Shown here piece after piece: positions 19,232-31,570 of a stretch of 64,000 bases of DNA. The notes beneath the pieces are model-generated. The model had not been told where the DNA came from, did no database searches, and worked only from the letters and a program-made list of their open reading frames with translations. The translations under genes and the position numbers were made by a program. Source of the DNA: an uncultured bacterium (GTDB lineage: Bacteria; Fidelibacterota; Marinisomatia; Marinisomatales; UBA1611). The stretch spans positions 26,890 through 90,889 of the forward strand of contig CAZGFQ010000004.1 in NCBI GenBank assembly GCA_964525185.1, read 5' to 3'. Each line of letters begins with the position of its first letter. The first letter of the stretch is position 1.

Positions 19232-20905
19232 ATGAGATCAGATACGATTAAAAAAGGATTTGAACATGCACCGCACCGGAGCTTATTAAGAGCTACGGGT
19301 GTTATTCAATCTGAAGATGATTTTAATAAACCATTTATAGGAATAGCTAATTCCTATATAGACCTTATTCCTGGGCATGTACATTTGCAGGAATATGGGA
19401 AAATAGCCAAAGAATCCATTCGAGAAGCGGGTGGTGTCCCATTTGAGTTCAATACCATTGGCGTAGATGATGGCATTGCTATGGGACATATTGGAATGCG
19501 ATATTCTTTAGCTAGTCGAGAATTAATTGCTGATTGTGTGGAAACAGTCGCTGAAGCACATCGGTTGGATGGATTAGTGTGTATTACAAACTGCGACAAA
19601 ATTGTACCCGGTATGTTGATGGCAGCTGTAAGGCTCAATATACCAACTATATTTGTTTCCGGTGGTCCAATGAAAGCTGGTAGAAATGCCGATGGCGAAA
19701 AAGTTGATCTTATTTCAGTTTTTGAAGGGGTTGGTAAAGTAAAGGCGGGCGAATTGGATGAAGAAAAATTATTGGATTTAGAACAATCTGGTTGTCCAAC
19801 TTGCGGATCCTGTTCTGGCATGTTTACAGCTAATTCTATGAATTGCCTTATGGAAGCACTTGGTATTGCACTACCCGGGAATGGAACGATTTTAGCTGTG
19901 GATGAATCTAGGTTGGATCTAGTAAAAAAGGTTAGTCAACGTATTTTGACTATGATTGAGCAAGATATAAAACCTCGAGATATAATTAATCATTCATCGA
20001 TTGAAAATGCATTTGTATTAGATATGGCCATGGGAGGAAGTACAAATACTGTTTTACATACTTTAGCGATAGCACAGGAAGCAGGAATAGATTTTGATTT
20101 AAAATCATTAAATAATTTAGCAAAAAAAACACCATACATCTGTAAGGTGAGTCCAGCAACTAAAGATGTGCACATGGAAGATGTAGATCGAGCGGGCGGT
20201 ATATCAGCTATATTAAATGAATTATCTAAAAAGGAGAATCTCCTTCAACTAGATTGCCCTACTGTAACTGGTCAATCTTTAGGAGAGAATATTCAATCTT
20301 CTACTATTCAAGATTCAAGTGTCATTCGCTCCATAGATGATCCCTATTCTGTCGAAGGCGGATTAGCTATTTTATATGGTAATTTGGCTCCAAATGGTTC
20401 TGTTGTAAAAACAGGTGCTGTGTCAGAAACCATGCTAGTACATACAGGTCCTGCTCGCATTTATGAATCCCAAGAAGATGCTTTATCGGGAATATTGTCT
20501 CATGAAATTCAAGAAGGGGATGTTGTTGTTATTCGGACTGAAGGCCCCAAAGGTGGACCCGGGATGCCGGAAATGTTATCACCAACTAGCGCAATTATGG
20601 GGATGGGCTTAGGAGATAAAGTGGCTCTTATCACAGACGGTAGATTTTCCGGTGGAACGCGTGGTGCATGTATCGGACATATATCACCGGAAGCAGCAGA
20701 TGGAGGCCCAATATCTATTTTAGACGAGGGAGATATAATTTCTATAAATATACCAAAAAAAACTTTAAACGTAGAATTGAGTGATAAGGAAATACAGGAT
20801 CGATTAGGAAATATTAAACCATTTAAACCAAAAATAACGCATGGTTATTTAGGTCGATATTCACGGATGGTTACGTCTGCTGATACAGGTGCAATTTTAA
20901 AATAA
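19232..20905 (+). CDS. ilvD: Dihydroxy-acid dehydratase
   Basis: 557 aa. ILVD/EDD family: [37 protein letters not shown]. Confidence 0.97.
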   Translation: MRSDTIKKGFEHAPHRSLLRATGVIQSEDDFNKPFIGIANSYIDLIPGHVHLQEYGKIAKESIREAGGVPFEFNTIGVDDGIAMGHIGMRYSLASRELIADCVETVAEAHRLDGLVCITNCDKIVPGMLMAAVRLNIPTIFVSGGPMKAGRNADGEKVDLISVFEGVGKVKAGELDEEKLLDLEQSGCPTCGSCSGMFTANSMNCLMEALGIALPGNGTILAVDESRLDLVKKVSQRILTMIEQDIKPRDIINHSSIENAFVLDMAMGGSTNTVLHTLAIAQEAGIDFDLKSLNNLAKKTPYICKVSPATKDVHMEDVDRAGGISAILNELSKKENLLQLDCPTVTGQSLGENIQSSTIQDSSVIRSIDDPYSVEGGLAILYGNLAPNGSVVKTGAVSETMLVHTGPARIYESQEDALSGILSHEIQEGDVVVIRTEGPKGGPGMPEMLSPTSAIMGMGLGDKVALITDGRFSGGTRGACIGHISPEAADGGPISILDEGDIISINIPKKTLNVELSDKEIQDRLGNIKPFKPKITHGYLGRYSRMVTSADTGAILK

Positions 20906-20916
20906 AAGGAATTCGT

Positions 20917-22659
20917 ATGAATCAAACACAGAAAAAATTAACAGGAGCAGAAATCATATGGGAATCGCTAGTCCAAGAAGATGTTGAAGTCGTTTTTGGT
21001 TATCCGGGTGGAGCCATTCTACCTACATATGACGCATTAAATAAATATAGAGATAAGGTGCACCATGTCCTCGTTCGCCATGAGCAAGGAGCTACTCATA
21101 TGGCGGATGGATATGCTCGGTCAAGTGGAAAAGTTGGCGTTGCTATTGGTACTTCTGGACCAGGTGCAACCAATATGATCACTGGGATGGCTACGGCTAT
21201 TTTAGATTCATCTCCAATGGTATGTATCACAGGGCAAGTCCCATCAAATGTAATTGGATCAGATGCTTTCCAAGAAGTAGATATTACAGGTGCGGCGATT
21301 CCTGTTACAAAACATAGTTATCTTGTTACAGATATTAAAGATTTAGCAAGTACGATTCGGGAAGCATTTTTTGTGGCACGGACTGGTCGACCTGGACCAG
21401 TTCTTGTAGATGTCCCAAAAGATATTCAAAATGAGTCTACAGAATTTATTTATCCAACAGACCCAATTAATCTTCCTGGGTATCATCCTCCAAAAGAAAC
21501 GAATGAATCACATTTACAAGAATTTGTTAATATGGTCAATGCAGCGGAAAAACCAGTAATTCTTGCAGGGCATGGTGTCCTATTATCAAGAGCTTGTAAG
21601 GAAGTTATGGATATAGCTGAAAAAGCATCCATTCCAATTGCGACAACTTTATTAGGAATTGGTGGAGTACCAGATAGCCATCCGTTGGTTTTAGGCATGA
21701 TGGGAATGCATGGAGAATCGTGGGTAAATCATGCCATTCAAGATGCAGATTTATTAATAGCATGTGGAATGCGTTTTGATGACCGTGTTACAGGAACATT
21801 GAAGACATATTCTCCCAATTCAAAAAAGATTCATATTGATATTGATGCATCTGAAATCAATAAAAACGTATTAGTGGATTTAGCAGTTCATGCAGATTTA
21901 GGAACCGTTTTAAGGCAAGTAAACCCACAGATTAAATCATTAAAAAAAGGTGATTGGCTACAAACCATTAATCGTTGGCATAATGAATCTCAATCAAGAG
22001 ATATTTTAAATGTTGAATCTGAACAATTAATGGGAGCCCAGGTTATTAAAGAAATATGGGAAGGGACTAACGGTAAAGCACTTATCGTATCAGATGTGGG
22101 TCAACATCAAATGTTAGAAGCACAATATTACCAACATGATGAACCCAGAACATTGCTTACATCCGGTGGGTTAGGAACCATGGGATTTAGTTTGCCGGCC
22201 GCAATTGGTGCTAGCTTCCATGAAAAAGAACGAGAAATTTGGGTTATTGCAGGAGATGGTAGTATTCAAATGATGCTCATGGAATTAGCTACAGCTATGC
22301 AAGAAAATGCCAATATTAATATTGCTATCATAAATAATGGATATCTTGGCATGGTACGCCAATGGCAGCAATTATTTTATGATGCGCGTTATGCAGAAAC
22401 TCCTATTTCTAGCCCTGATTTTGTAAAATTAGCTGAAGCCTATAATATTCCAGCTTATCGTGTGGACACATTAGAAAATATTATTCCAACTATGAAAAAA
22501 GCACAGGAAGAAAAAGGACCAAGTTTAATCGAATTTATTGTAGAAGAGCATGGGATGGTTTATCCTATGGTGCCTGCAGGAGTGGGTCTACACGAAATGA
22601 TTCAACGTCCACACCCAGAAAATGGACAGCCACAAACTCAGGAGGAAAAAGCATCATGA
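20917..22659 (+). CDS. ilvB: Acetolactate synthase large subunit
   Basis: 580 aa. TPP enzyme motifs GYPGGAILP, GGLGTMGFSLPAAIGA, GDGSIQM. Confidence 0.95.
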   Translation: MNQTQKKLTGAEIIWESLVQEDVEVVFGYPGGAILPTYDALNKYRDKVHHVLVRHEQGATHMADGYARSSGKVGVAIGTSGPGATNMITGMATAILDSSPMVCITGQVPSNVIGSDAFQEVDITGAAIPVTKHSYLVTDIKDLASTIREAFFVARTGRPGPVLVDVPKDIQNESTEFIYPTDPINLPGYHPPKETNESHLQEFVNMVNAAEKPVILAGHGVLLSRACKEVMDIAEKASIPIATTLLGIGGVPDSHPLVLGMMGMHGESWVNHAIQDADLLIACGMRFDDRVTGTLKTYSPNSKKIHIDIDASEINKNVLVDLAVHADLGTVLRQVNPQIKSLKKGDWLQTINRWHNESQSRDILNVESEQLMGAQVIKEIWEGTNGKALIVSDVGQHQMLEAQYYQHDEPRTLLTSGGLGTMGFSLPAAIGASFHEKEREIWVIAGDGSIQMMLMELATAMQENANINIAIINNGYLGMVRQWQQLFYDARYAETPISSPDFVKLAEAYNIPAYRVDTLENIIPTMKKAQEEKGPSLIEFIVEEHGMVYPMVPAGVGLHEMIQRPHPENGQPQTQEEKAS

Positions 22660-23219
22660 AACAGACACTCATTACGTTAGTCGAAGATAAACCCGGTGTT
22701 TTAAATCGTGTCGCAAGTTTATTTAGACGGCGAAATTTTAATATAGAAAGTTTATCCGTAGGAAAAAGTGAAAATCTTGGTGTAAGTCGTATGACAATTG
22801 TTGCTGACGAACCGGATGCTCACAAAAGAGGAAACCTATATTTCAATTTATTAAAATTGGTAAATGTAATTGCCGTAAAAGATGTTTCTGATGAGCCATG
22901 TATTTCTCGTGAAACAATTCTTGTTAAAATGGCAACAGGTCCGGATCAATTAAATGAAGTGAATGATGTGGTTAAAAAATTTGGTGCACGCATTGTGGAT
23001 ATGGGTTCAGAATCAACGATTATCGAGGCAATGGATGAAGAATCTGCCATTAACAATATGGTTGTAGCATTGAAACCTTTTCAAATCACTGAAATTATGC
23101 GCACGGGAAAAATTGTTATGAGAAAAGGTAAAACGCATAACATTTCGTCTAGTAACATCAATTCGGAACCAGATGATTTGTCTTGGACGCCAAATCATAT
23201 TACTGCTTATCAAAATTAA
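22656..23219 (+). CDS. ilvN: Acetolactate synthase small (regulatory) subunit
   Basis: 187 aa. ACT domain LVEDKPGVLNRVASLFRRRNFNIESLSVG. ATGA overlap with ilvB. Confidence 0.93.
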   Translation: MKQTLITLVEDKPGVLNRVASLFRRRNFNIESLSVGKSENLGVSRMTIVADEPDAHKRGNLYFNLLKLVNVIAVKDVSDEPCISRETILVKMATGPDQLNEVNDVVKKFGARIVDMGSESTIIEAMDEESAINNMVVALKPFQITEIMRTGKIVMRKGKTHNISSSNINSEPDDLSWTPNHITAYQN

Positions 23220-23240
23220 ACGATTAATAAAGGAATCAAA

Positions 23241-24287
23241 ATGAAAACAATAGATATTAATGGGTTTCAAGAAACCATAATTGAAAGGTCAGACTATCCA
23301 TTAGAAAAGTGTAAAGAAATATTAAATGAAGAAGTAACTGCAATTTTGGGATATGGACCACAAGGGCGAGGTCAAGGACTCAATATGCGAGACCAAGGAT
23401 TTAATGTTATTCTTGGACTTAGAAAAGGGCGAAGTTGGGATCAGGCAATTGATGAGGGCTGGGTAGAAGGTGAAAATTTATTCAGTATCGAAGAAGCAAC
23501 TGAGCGTGGAACAATCATTCAATTTTTACTGTCTGATGCAGGACAAATACAAGCGTGGGAAACGGTTAAGTCGCATTTGTCAGATGGTGACGCATTATAT
23601 TTTTCTCATGGATTTGGTGTCGTTTTTCATGAAAGTACTGGGATTATTCCACCTGACAATATTGATGTAATGCTTGTCGCCCCCAAAGGGAGCGGGCTCA
23701 CAGTTCGAAATCATTTTCTTGCTGGACGAGGAATTAATTCATCATTCGCCATTCACCAAGATGCATCAGGAAAAGCAAGGGAGCGTTGTATCGCAACTGC
23801 TTTTGCAATTGGTTCTGGTCATTTATTCGAAACTACCTTTTCAAATGAAGTTCATAGCGACCTAACAGGAGAAAGATGTGTATTGATGGGAATGCTGCAA
23901 GGTGCATTCTTAGCTCAGTACGAAGTATTGAGAGAGAATGGCCATTCACCATCGGAAGCTTATAATGAAACCATTGAAGAAGCGCTTCAGAGTTTATACC
24001 CATTAGTTGCAGAAAAGGGAATGGATTGGATGTATGCCAATTGCTCAACAACAGCACAACGTGGTGCACTTGATTGGGCGCCTAAATTTCATAAAGCTAT
24101 AAAGCCGGTTATACAAGATTGTTATAATAATGTATTAAGTGGAGATGAAGCCCGTATTTCTATCGAATCAAATTCTAAGTCGGATTATCGTGATCAACTT
24201 GATAAAGAATTAGAAGAAATCAATAATCAGGAAATGTGGCAAGCAGGAAAACAATTACGTCCACTTCGCCCGGAAAATATCAGCTAA
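23241..24287 (+). CDS. ilvC: Ketol-acid reductoisomerase (class I)
   Basis: 348 aa. GYGPQGRGQGLNMRDQG Rossmann segment and a conserved knotted C-terminal domain. Confidence 0.95.
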   Translation: MKTIDINGFQETIIERSDYPLEKCKEILNEEVTAILGYGPQGRGQGLNMRDQGFNVILGLRKGRSWDQAIDEGWVEGENLFSIEEATERGTIIQFLLSDAGQIQAWETVKSHLSDGDALYFSHGFGVVFHESTGIIPPDNIDVMLVAPKGSGLTVRNHFLAGRGINSSFAIHQDASGKARERCIATAFAIGSGHLFETTFSNEVHSDLTGERCVLMGMLQGAFLAQYEVLRENGHSPSEAYNETIEEALQSLYPLVAEKGMDWMYANCSTTAQRGALDWAPKFHKAIKPVIQDCYNNVLSGDEARISIESNSKSDYRDQLDKELEEINNQEMWQAGKQLRPLRPENIS

Positions 24288-24289
24288 AA

Positions 24290-25351
24290 ATGAAGACATA
24301 TCAATTAACTGTATTGTCTGGTGATGGTATAGGTCCCGAAGTAGTGGATGTTGCATTGGATGTATTAAGCATTGTAAGTGAACAGGCTAATACTAAGTTC
24401 ACTATTACTGAAAAGTTAATTGGTGGATGTGCCTTTGAAAAAGAGGGACATCCGTTACCACAGGATACATTAGATGCGTGTCTACAGTCGGATGCTGTTT
24501 TATTGGGAGCTGTTGGAGGTCCAAAATGGGATGGATTGCCCCACGAATCAAAACCGGAACAAGCATTATTGGGATTAAGAAAAGCACTTGGATTATTTTC
24601 CAATTTACGACCCGCAAAAGTGTATGATGCATTAGTGGATGCTTCATCATTGAAACCAAGTATAGTTGGTGGATCTGATGTAATGGTCGTGAGAGAATTG
24701 ACGGGTGGAATCTATTTTAGTGAACCGCGTGGGATGGATGAATCAAAAGGGTGGAATACACTAGCATATGAAAAAGAAGAAGTAAGTCGTATTGCTCATG
24801 TCGCTTTTGAATTAGCTCAAAAACGAAATGGTCGATTGACGTCTGTCCATAAAGCAAACGTTTTAGAAAGTTCGCAATTTTGGAGAGATTGTGTGAATGA
24901 TATCCAGCCAGAATATCCTGATGTTACATTGTCAGAAATGTATGTTGATAATGCTGCGATGCAATTGGTACGGGATCCGAAACAGTTTGATGTTATTGTG
25001 ACGCAAAATTTATTTGGAGATATTTTAAGTGATATAGCCGCCATGATTACAGGAAGTTTAGGAATGTTACCTTCAGCAAGTATGGGGACGAAATATGCGA
25101 TGTATGAACCAGTACATGGCTCAGCTCCTGAGATTGCAGGGACGAATCAAGCGAATCCAATTGCAACAGTTGGTTCAATAGCTATGATGTTAGAATACAC
25201 ATTTAATGAACCAGAATGTGCAAGAAAAATCAATCATGCGGTTGAACAAGTATTAAAAGAAGGATACCGGACAAAAGATATTGCTGATGAAGGGTCAACT
25301 ATTGTATCCACATCTGAGATGCGAAATCACATTATTGAACAATTAAAATAA
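24290..25351 (+). CDS. leuB: 3-isopropylmalate dehydrogenase
   Basis: Start set at ATG 24290 (MKTYQLTVLSGDGIGPEV), just after the ilvC stop. Contains the NLFGDILSD motif. Confidence 0.95.
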   Translation: MKTYQLTVLSGDGIGPEVVDVALDVLSIVSEQANTKFTITEKLIGGCAFEKEGHPLPQDTLDACLQSDAVLLGAVGGPKWDGLPHESKPEQALLGLRKALGLFSNLRPAKVYDALVDASSLKPSIVGGSDVMVVRELTGGIYFSEPRGMDESKGWNTLAYEKEEVSRIAHVAFELAQKRNGRLTSVHKANVLESSQFWRDCVNDIQPEYPDVTLSEMYVDNAAMQLVRDPKQFDVIVTQNLFGDILSDIAAMITGSLGMLPSASMGTKYAMYEPVHGSAPEIAGTNQANPIATVGSIAMMLEYTFNEPECARKINHAVEQVLKEGYRTKDIADEGSTIVSTSEMRNHIIEQLK

Positions 25352-25388
25352 GTTTCAAAATTAATGAGTGGAAAAAGAAGGGTATAAA

Positions 25389-26960
25389 ATGAAAGAAAAA
25401 ATTATTGTTTTTGATACAACATTACGGGATGGTGAACAGGCTCCTGGAGCTTCTTTAAATGTGCAAGAAAAAGTAGAAGTTGCAAAACAACTTATTCGAT
25501 TAAATGTTGATGTTATTGAAGCAGGATTCCCAGTCTCATCTCAAGCTCAATTTGATGCAGTTCAACGCATTGCAGATTTAAATGAATCACCTATTATTGC
25601 AGGTTTAGCTAGAACAGTTGATGGTGATATTAAAGCAGCCAACGATTCTTTGAAGAATTCTAAAAAGTTTAGAATACATACATTCGCAGGGACTTCAGAT
25701 ATTCACATTTTGGGCAAATTTGCGAGTGATCGATATGGAAAATCTTTAGATGATAAACGAAAAACAATTTTAAAAATGTCATGTGATGCGGTGGCTTATG
25801 CAAAAACATTTACGGATGATGTAGAATTTTCTGCTGAAGATGCTGGTCGAACAGATATCGGATATTTGATAGATATTATTGAAGCCGTAATAGCGTCGGG
25901 TGCTACAACAGTTAATATTCCAGATACCACGGGATATACTATGCCCCATGAATACGGGGAAAAGATTTCAATTCTTAAAGAAAAAGTATCAAATATTAAT
26001 GAAGCAATTATAAGTGTTCATTGTCACAATGATTTAGGCTTGGCGGTTGCCAATTCATTAACAGCCGTAAATCAGGGGGCACGTCAAATTGAGTGTACTG
26101 TAAATGGAATTGGAGAAAGAGCTGGGAATGCGTCTTTAGAAGAAATTGTTATGGCCATGAAAGTCAGAGAAGATGCATGGGATTTCAAGACAGATATTGT
26201 TACATCAGAAATATTCAATACAAGCCGAATGGTATCTGCTTTTACAGGAATGGTTGTTCAACCCAATAAAGCAATTGTTGGAGAAAATGCGTTCTCTCAC
26301 GAATCAGGAATACACCAAGATGGTGTTTTAAAAAATAAAAAAACATATGAAATCATGGACCCAGATTTGGTGGGGGTTCAAGAATCTAAAATTGTTTTAG
26401 GACGGCATTCGGGACGCCATGGATTAATCGCTAGGCTGAATGAAATTGGATATCATCCTGATGGAGAAGAATTAAAACAGATTTATGAAAAATTTCTTGA
26501 GTTAGCGGATAAGAAAAAAGAAGTGTTTGATGATGATCTTCGAGTATTAATGGGAGATGAAATATATGTTAAAGATTACCGCCATGAACTGGATTATCTC
26601 CATGTTAATATTGGAACCACAACAATTCCAACGGCTACTGTTAGGATTAAGACTGAGGAAAGAATAGTAGAAGAGTCCGCCACGGGAGATGGACCTGTAG
26701 ATGCATGTTTTAATGCCATTGATAGAGCTTTAAATGAAAAATATCATATAGAATCTTATAAAGTGCGATCTGTGACAATGGGAAGATCTGCTCAAGGTGA
26801 AGCTACAGTTCGCTTAAGAGATGGGTCCGATTCTTTTACTGGTCGAGGCGTTTCTACAGACATCGTTGAAGCAAGCGCAAAAGCATATTTACAAGCTATT
26901 AATGAACATATTATTCAAGTGGATGTTAACGAATTGCTTGATTCTGTTCTAACACCATAG
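25389..26960 (+). CDS. leuA: 2-isopropylmalate synthase
   Basis: [22 protein letters not shown], and a C-terminal LeuA regulatory domain. Start set at ATG 25389 (alternative GTG at 25368). Confidence 0.93.
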   Translation: MKEKIIVFDTTLRDGEQAPGASLNVQEKVEVAKQLIRLNVDVIEAGFPVSSQAQFDAVQRIADLNESPIIAGLARTVDGDIKAANDSLKNSKKFRIHTFAGTSDIHILGKFASDRYGKSLDDKRKTILKMSCDAVAYAKTFTDDVEFSAEDAGRTDIGYLIDIIEAVIASGATTVNIPDTTGYTMPHEYGEKISILKEKVSNINEAIISVHCHNDLGLAVANSLTAVNQGARQIECTVNGIGERAGNASLEEIVMAMKVREDAWDFKTDIVTSEIFNTSRMVSAFTGMVVQPNKAIVGENAFSHESGIHQDGVLKNKKTYEIMDPDLVGVQESKIVLGRHSGRHGLIARLNEIGYHPDGEELKQIYEKFLELADKKKEVFDDDLRVLMGDEIYVKDYRHELDYLHVNIGTTTIPTATVRIKTEERIVEESATGDGPVDACFNAIDRALNEKYHIESYKVRSVTMGRSAQGEATVRLRDGSDSFTGRGVSTDIVEASAKAYLQAINEHIIQVDVNELLDSVLTP

Positions 26961-26965
26961 TGATT

Positions 26966-28348
26966 ATGCAAGGAAAAACATTATACGATAAATTGTGGGA
27001 TATCCATTTAGTTCGATCTGATGAAAATGGATCAGATTTATTATATATAGATCGACAGCTTATACATGAAGTAACATCACCGCAAGCATTTGCAGGGTTA
27101 AAAATGAGCCAGAGGTCTCCAAGGCGACCTGACGCAATTTTGGCCGTAGCTGACCATAATATACCAACAAAAAATAGAGAAAAAGGGATCGAAGATCCTA
27201 TATCTGCATTACAGATTCAAACATTAGGCGAAAATTGTGATGAATTCAACATTCCTTATATTTCGATGGATGATGATCGACAAGGAATTGTTCATGTGGT
27301 TGGGCCCGAACAAGGGGCAACTTTACCTGGAATGACAATCGTGTGTGGAGATTCTCATACTGCAACCCATGGTGCGTTGGGTGCATTAGCATTTGGAATT
27401 GGGACATCTGAAGTAGAGCATGTATTAGCTACTCAATGTTTGGTTCAAAAGAAAATGAAAAATATGTTAATACAAGTTGATGGAGAACTTCAAGATTGGG
27501 TGACTGCTAAAGATGTTGTATTATCAATTATAGCCAAAATTGGTACAGCTGGAGGCACAGGTTATACGATAGAATTTTCTGGTGATGCCATTACTCATAT
27601 GTCGATTGAAGAACGAATGACTGTTTGTAATATGGCCATAGAAGCTGGAGCTAGAGCAGGTCTAATAGCGGTGGATCAAAAAACAATCAATTATATGGAA
27701 GGTAAACCATTTGCTCCTATAAATGAAGACTGGGAGTTAGCAAAATCATATTGGAACACATTAAAGAGTGATGAAGATGCACAATTTGACAAAATCATTA
27801 CATTTAATGCAAATGACATCCAGCCACAGGTCACTTGGGGAACTTCCCCTGAATTGAGTATTAATATTCATGACAAAATTCCAACAGGAAACTCAGATTA
27901 TTCTAATGCATTAACCTATATGGGGTTAAATGAAGGTACTTCTATATCAGAATATTTATTGGATAAAATATTTATAGGATCCTGTACAAATTCTAGAATT
28001 GAAGATTTGCGTGATGCTGCAAAAGTAGTTCAAGGGAAATCCGTTGCTGAAACGATTAAACTTGCTATGGTTGTACCTGGCTCAGGGCTTGTTAAAGACC
28101 AGGCTGAATCAGAAGGGTTAGATAAAATATTTATTGCTGCAGGATTTGAATGGCGTGACCCGGGGTGTTCCATGTGTTTGGCAATGAATGCAGATCGTTT
28201 AGAAGATGGTGAAAGGTGCGCTTCAACATCCAATAGAAATTTTGAAGGCAGGCAGGGTCAAGGCGGTAGAACACATTTAGTAAGTCCAGTCATGGCAGCC
28301 GCTGCCGCAATTAATGGATATTTTGTAGATGTAAGGGAGATGAGTTAA
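26966..28348 (+). CDS. leuC: 3-isopropylmalate dehydratase large subunit
   Basis: Aconitase-family motifs [36 protein letters not shown]. Confidence 0.95.
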   Translation: MQGKTLYDKLWDIHLVRSDENGSDLLYIDRQLIHEVTSPQAFAGLKMSQRSPRRPDAILAVADHNIPTKNREKGIEDPISALQIQTLGENCDEFNIPYISMDDDRQGIVHVVGPEQGATLPGMTIVCGDSHTATHGALGALAFGIGTSEVEHVLATQCLVQKKMKNMLIQVDGELQDWVTAKDVVLSIIAKIGTAGGTGYTIEFSGDAITHMSIEERMTVCNMAIEAGARAGLIAVDQKTINYMEGKPFAPINEDWELAKSYWNTLKSDEDAQFDKIITFNANDIQPQVTWGTSPELSINIHDKIPTGNSDYSNALTYMGLNEGTSISEYLLDKIFIGSCTNSRIEDLRDAAKVVQGKSVAETIKLAMVVPGSGLVKDQAESEGLDKIFIAAGFEWRDPGCSMCLAMNADRLEDGERCASTSNRNFEGRQGQGGRTHLVSPVMAAAAAINGYFVDVREMS

Positions 28349-28998
28349 TGGAAAAAGTTTCTATAATTGAAGGAATAGTGGCTCCTTTAGATCGCTCAAA
28401 TGTGGACACAGATGCAATTATCCCAAAACAATTTTTAAAATCCATCAAGCGAACAGGCTTTGGCGTTAATCTATTTGATGAATGGCGTTATTTAGATCAT
28501 GGTGAACCAGGTATGGATTGTTCCAACCGCCCTCTAAATACAGATTTTGTATTAAATCAAACACAGTATAAAAAGGCACAGGTCTTATTGACCCGTTCGA
28601 ACTTTGGATGTGGGTCGAGTAGAGAACATGCACCATGGGCTATTGTTGATTATGGTTTTAAAGCCATTTTAGCTTCAAGTTTTGCTGATATTTTTTATAA
28701 TAATTGTTTTAAAAATGGGCTGTTGCCCATTGTTCTTTCAAAAGAAATAATTCAGGAATTATTTGATTTATCACAAGAAAAAACAAACTTTAAAGTGAAG
28801 ATTGATTTAGAAAACCAAATGATTCATGGCACACCCGATCTATCTATTCCCTTTGAATTGGATAGTTATAGAAAATATTGTTTAATAAATGGATTAGATG
28901 AAATTGGGCAAACATTAAAATATGGAATTTCTATAGATGATTTTGAATTGAAGCATAAAAAAAAGTTTCCATGGTTATTTACAGCATTGGACGTTTAA
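28348..28998 (+). CDS. leuD: 3-isopropylmalate dehydratase small subunit
   Basis: 216 aa. [14 protein letters not shown] swivel-domain motif. Start overlaps the leuC stop (TAATG). Confidence 0.95.
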   Translation: MEKVSIIEGIVAPLDRSNVDTDAIIPKQFLKSIKRTGFGVNLFDEWRYLDHGEPGMDCSNRPLNTDFVLNQTQYKKAQVLLTRSNFGCGSSREHAPWAIVDYGFKAILASSFADIFYNNCFKNGLLPIVLSKEIIQELFDLSQEKTNFKVKIDLENQMIHGTPDLSIPFELDSYRKYCLINGLDEIGQTLKYGISIDDFELKHKKKFPWLFTALDV

Positions 28999-28999
28999 T

Positions 29000-30610
29000 A
29001 TGATTGAAAATAAATCTATAGAATTATTTGATACAACTTTAAGAGATGGGACTCAAGGTGAAGGAGTAAGCTTATCTGTCGATGATAAAATTCATATTGC
29101 GAAACATTTGGATGATTTTGGAATTGATTATATTGAAGGTGGTTGGCCCGGAAGCAATCCTAAAGATGAAGCCTTTTTCAGAAAAATTAAAAATGAATCG
29201 TTAGCAACTTCAACTATTTGCGCTTTTGGATCTACAGCGAGATTTCCAGACAAAATTGAATCAGACCCAAACCTAATTGCTTTATTAAAGGCAGAAACCA
29301 GTACTGTGTGCATCTTTGGAAAATCATGGAATTTACACGCTGATGTTGGATTAGGGTTGTCGCGAGAAGCAAATGAAGATTTAATTTATAAATCAGTTCA
29401 ATATTTAATTAATCATGGGCGAAAAGTCATTTTTGATGCTGAACATTTTTTTGATGGATATAAAGATAATTCAGACTTTGCACTAAAAATGATATTAGCT
29501 GCAGAATCAGCGGGAGCTCAAACTATTGTTTTATGTGATACGAATGGTGGCTCGCTTCCATCTGAAATAGAATCAATCATTAAAACTGTAAAGAATAATA
29601 TTCATCTCCCTTTAGGCATTCATGCGCATAATGATAGTGAACTAGCAGTTTCAAATACCTTAACTGCCGTGCAATCTGGAGTAACCCATGTGCAGGGGAC
29701 AATTAATGGTGTAGGGGAAAGATGTGGAAATGCGAATCTGTGTAGTATTATTCCAAATCTTATTTTAAAGATGGGAAAAAGCACTACAAAACAATTGGAT
29801 TTAACCCGAGTGACACCATTGTCTCATTATGTATCAGAGGTAATGAACTTGAGACCAAATCATCGTGCTGCTTATGTTGGGAAATCAGCTTTTGCTCATA
29901 AAGGTGGCATTCATGTGAGTGCTGTATTAAAAGATAGTAGAATGTATGAACATATTGAACCTGAAAAAGTTGGAGCTCACCAACGTGTTCTCATATCGGA
30001 ATTATCTGGGCAAAGTAATGTTAGGTTTAAAGCAAAAGAATTAGGTATTTCTTTAAATGGAGATAAATCGTTAACGAAGAATGTTGTAACCCGAATTAAA
30101 GATTTAGAAAATGAAGGATACCAATTTGATGGAGCAGAAGCATCATTTGAACTGATACTGAAAGAACAAATGGGCGAATTCAAACCATTTTTTGATGTTG
30201 TAGATTCTAGGATTCATATTAGTTATGATGAGGATGGCCATCGAATGGCAGATGCAATGTTGAAAGTTTCTGTAGACGGAGAAATTGAACACACCGCAGC
30301 AGATGGGGTGGGACCTGTTAATGCCCTTAGCCAAGCCCTGCGAAAAGCGTTAATCCGGTTTTATCCTGAAATCGCTACAGTTAAATTGCTGGACTATAAA
30401 GTACGTGTTTTGAATGAAAGTGCAGGAACAGAAGCTAAAGTTCGTGTTTTGATTGAAAGTAGTGATGGTGAAAATTATTGGTCTACTGTTGGAGTATCCC
30501 AAAATATTATTGAAGCCAGTTGGCAAGCATTAAGTGATAGTTTGAATTACAAATTGTACCAAATACAATTAAAAAATAAGTTAAGAAAGATTAAAAGATA
30601 TGAGCGGTGA
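29000..30610 (+). CDS. cimA: Citramalate synthase (LeuA-related long form)
   Basis: 536 aa. DTTLRDGTQGEGVSLS, GGWPGSNPKDEAFF, HAHNDSELAVSNT. This is a second LeuA-family member in the operon, with features I associate with the CimA clade. Confidence 0.8.
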   Translation: MIENKSIELFDTTLRDGTQGEGVSLSVDDKIHIAKHLDDFGIDYIEGGWPGSNPKDEAFFRKIKNESLATSTICAFGSTARFPDKIESDPNLIALLKAETSTVCIFGKSWNLHADVGLGLSREANEDLIYKSVQYLINHGRKVIFDAEHFFDGYKDNSDFALKMILAAESAGAQTIVLCDTNGGSLPSEIESIIKTVKNNIHLPLGIHAHNDSELAVSNTLTAVQSGVTHVQGTINGVGERCGNANLCSIIPNLILKMGKSTTKQLDLTRVTPLSHYVSEVMNLRPNHRAAYVGKSAFAHKGGIHVSAVLKDSRMYEHIEPEKVGAHQRVLISELSGQSNVRFKAKELGISLNGDKSLTKNVVTRIKDLENEGYQFDGAEASFELILKEQMGEFKPFFDVVDSRIHISYDEDGHRMADAMLKVSVDGEIEHTAADGVGPVNALSQALRKALIRFYPEIATVKLLDYKVRVLNESAGTEAKVRVLIESSDGENYWSTVGVSQNIIEASWQALSDSLNYKLYQIQLKNKLRKIKRYER

Positions 30611-31520
30611 AACTAAATATCTATGGATGGATGGAGAATTAAAGCATTGGAATGATGGAAGTATTCATGTGATGTCTCATGCCCTTCATTATGGGAGTTC
30701 GTTTTTTGAAGGAATCAAATGTTATGAAACAAGTCAAGGCCCTGCAGTTTTTCGTCTTAAAGAGCATATGATACGTCTTCACGAATCAGCTTCTATTTAT
30801 AATATGTCTCTACCTTTTAGCGTTGATGAATTAGTTAAAGCGGTTGAAGACTTAATAAAAGCAAATCATTTAAAAAGTTGTTATATCCGGCCCGTAGCTT
30901 TTTACGGGTATGACACATTGGGAGTTCATCCGAAAAAGTGTCCGGTTCAAATAGCTATTGCTACATTTGATTGGGGGGCATATTTAGGTGAAGGTGCAAT
31001 AGAAAATGGAGTGCGGGTCACAGTGTCTCCATGGCGCAAATTCCATTCAAGTTCATTACCAACAATTGCAAAAGCCGGTGGCCAATACTTAAATTCAATA
31101 TTAGCGGCACAAGACGCACAAGAAAAAGGATATGATGAAGGATTACTTTTAAATGGTGATGGAAATATTGCTGAAGGGGCTGGACAAAATATATTTATTG
31201 TTAAAAATAATGAAATTTATACGAATGCAGAAGATTCTAGTATTTTAATGGGAATTACGAGGGAAACAATCATTCAATTATTAACAGACCTTGAATATAA
31301 AATTCATATTGGGAAATTATCACTTGGTCAACTTTTTAATGCTGACGAAGCCTTTTTTACAGGTACGGCGTCTGAAGTAACACCCATTCGAGAAGTAGAT
31401 AAACGTTTGATCCGTCATGGAAAACCTGGTGCAATTACCAAACTAATCCAAGAAACATATTTTAATGTTATAAAAGGTAGAAATAATAAATATGATGACT
31501 GGTTAACCTATATAAAGTAA
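30600..31520 (+). CDS. ilvE: Branched-chain amino-acid aminotransferase (class IV)
   Basis: 306 aa. Fold-type IV aminotransferase pattern (HALHYGSSFFEGIK, GTASEVTPIREVD). Confidence 0.93.
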   Translation: MSGETKYLWMDGELKHWNDGSIHVMSHALHYGSSFFEGIKCYETSQGPAVFRLKEHMIRLHESASIYNMSLPFSVDELVKAVEDLIKANHLKSCYIRPVAFYGYDTLGVHPKKCPVQIAIATFDWGAYLGEGAIENGVRVTVSPWRKFHSSSLPTIAKAGGQYLNSILAAQDAQEKGYDEGLLLNGDGNIAEGAGQNIFIVKNNEIYTNAEDSSILMGITRETIIQLLTDLEYKIHIGKLSLGQLFNADEAFFTGTASEVTPIREVDKRLIRHGKPGAITKLIQETYFNVIKGRNNKYDDWLTYIK

Positions 31521-31570
31521 GTATTTATTAATTATAGAATTGTTTTGTCCCCTATACCACATGTCATAAA

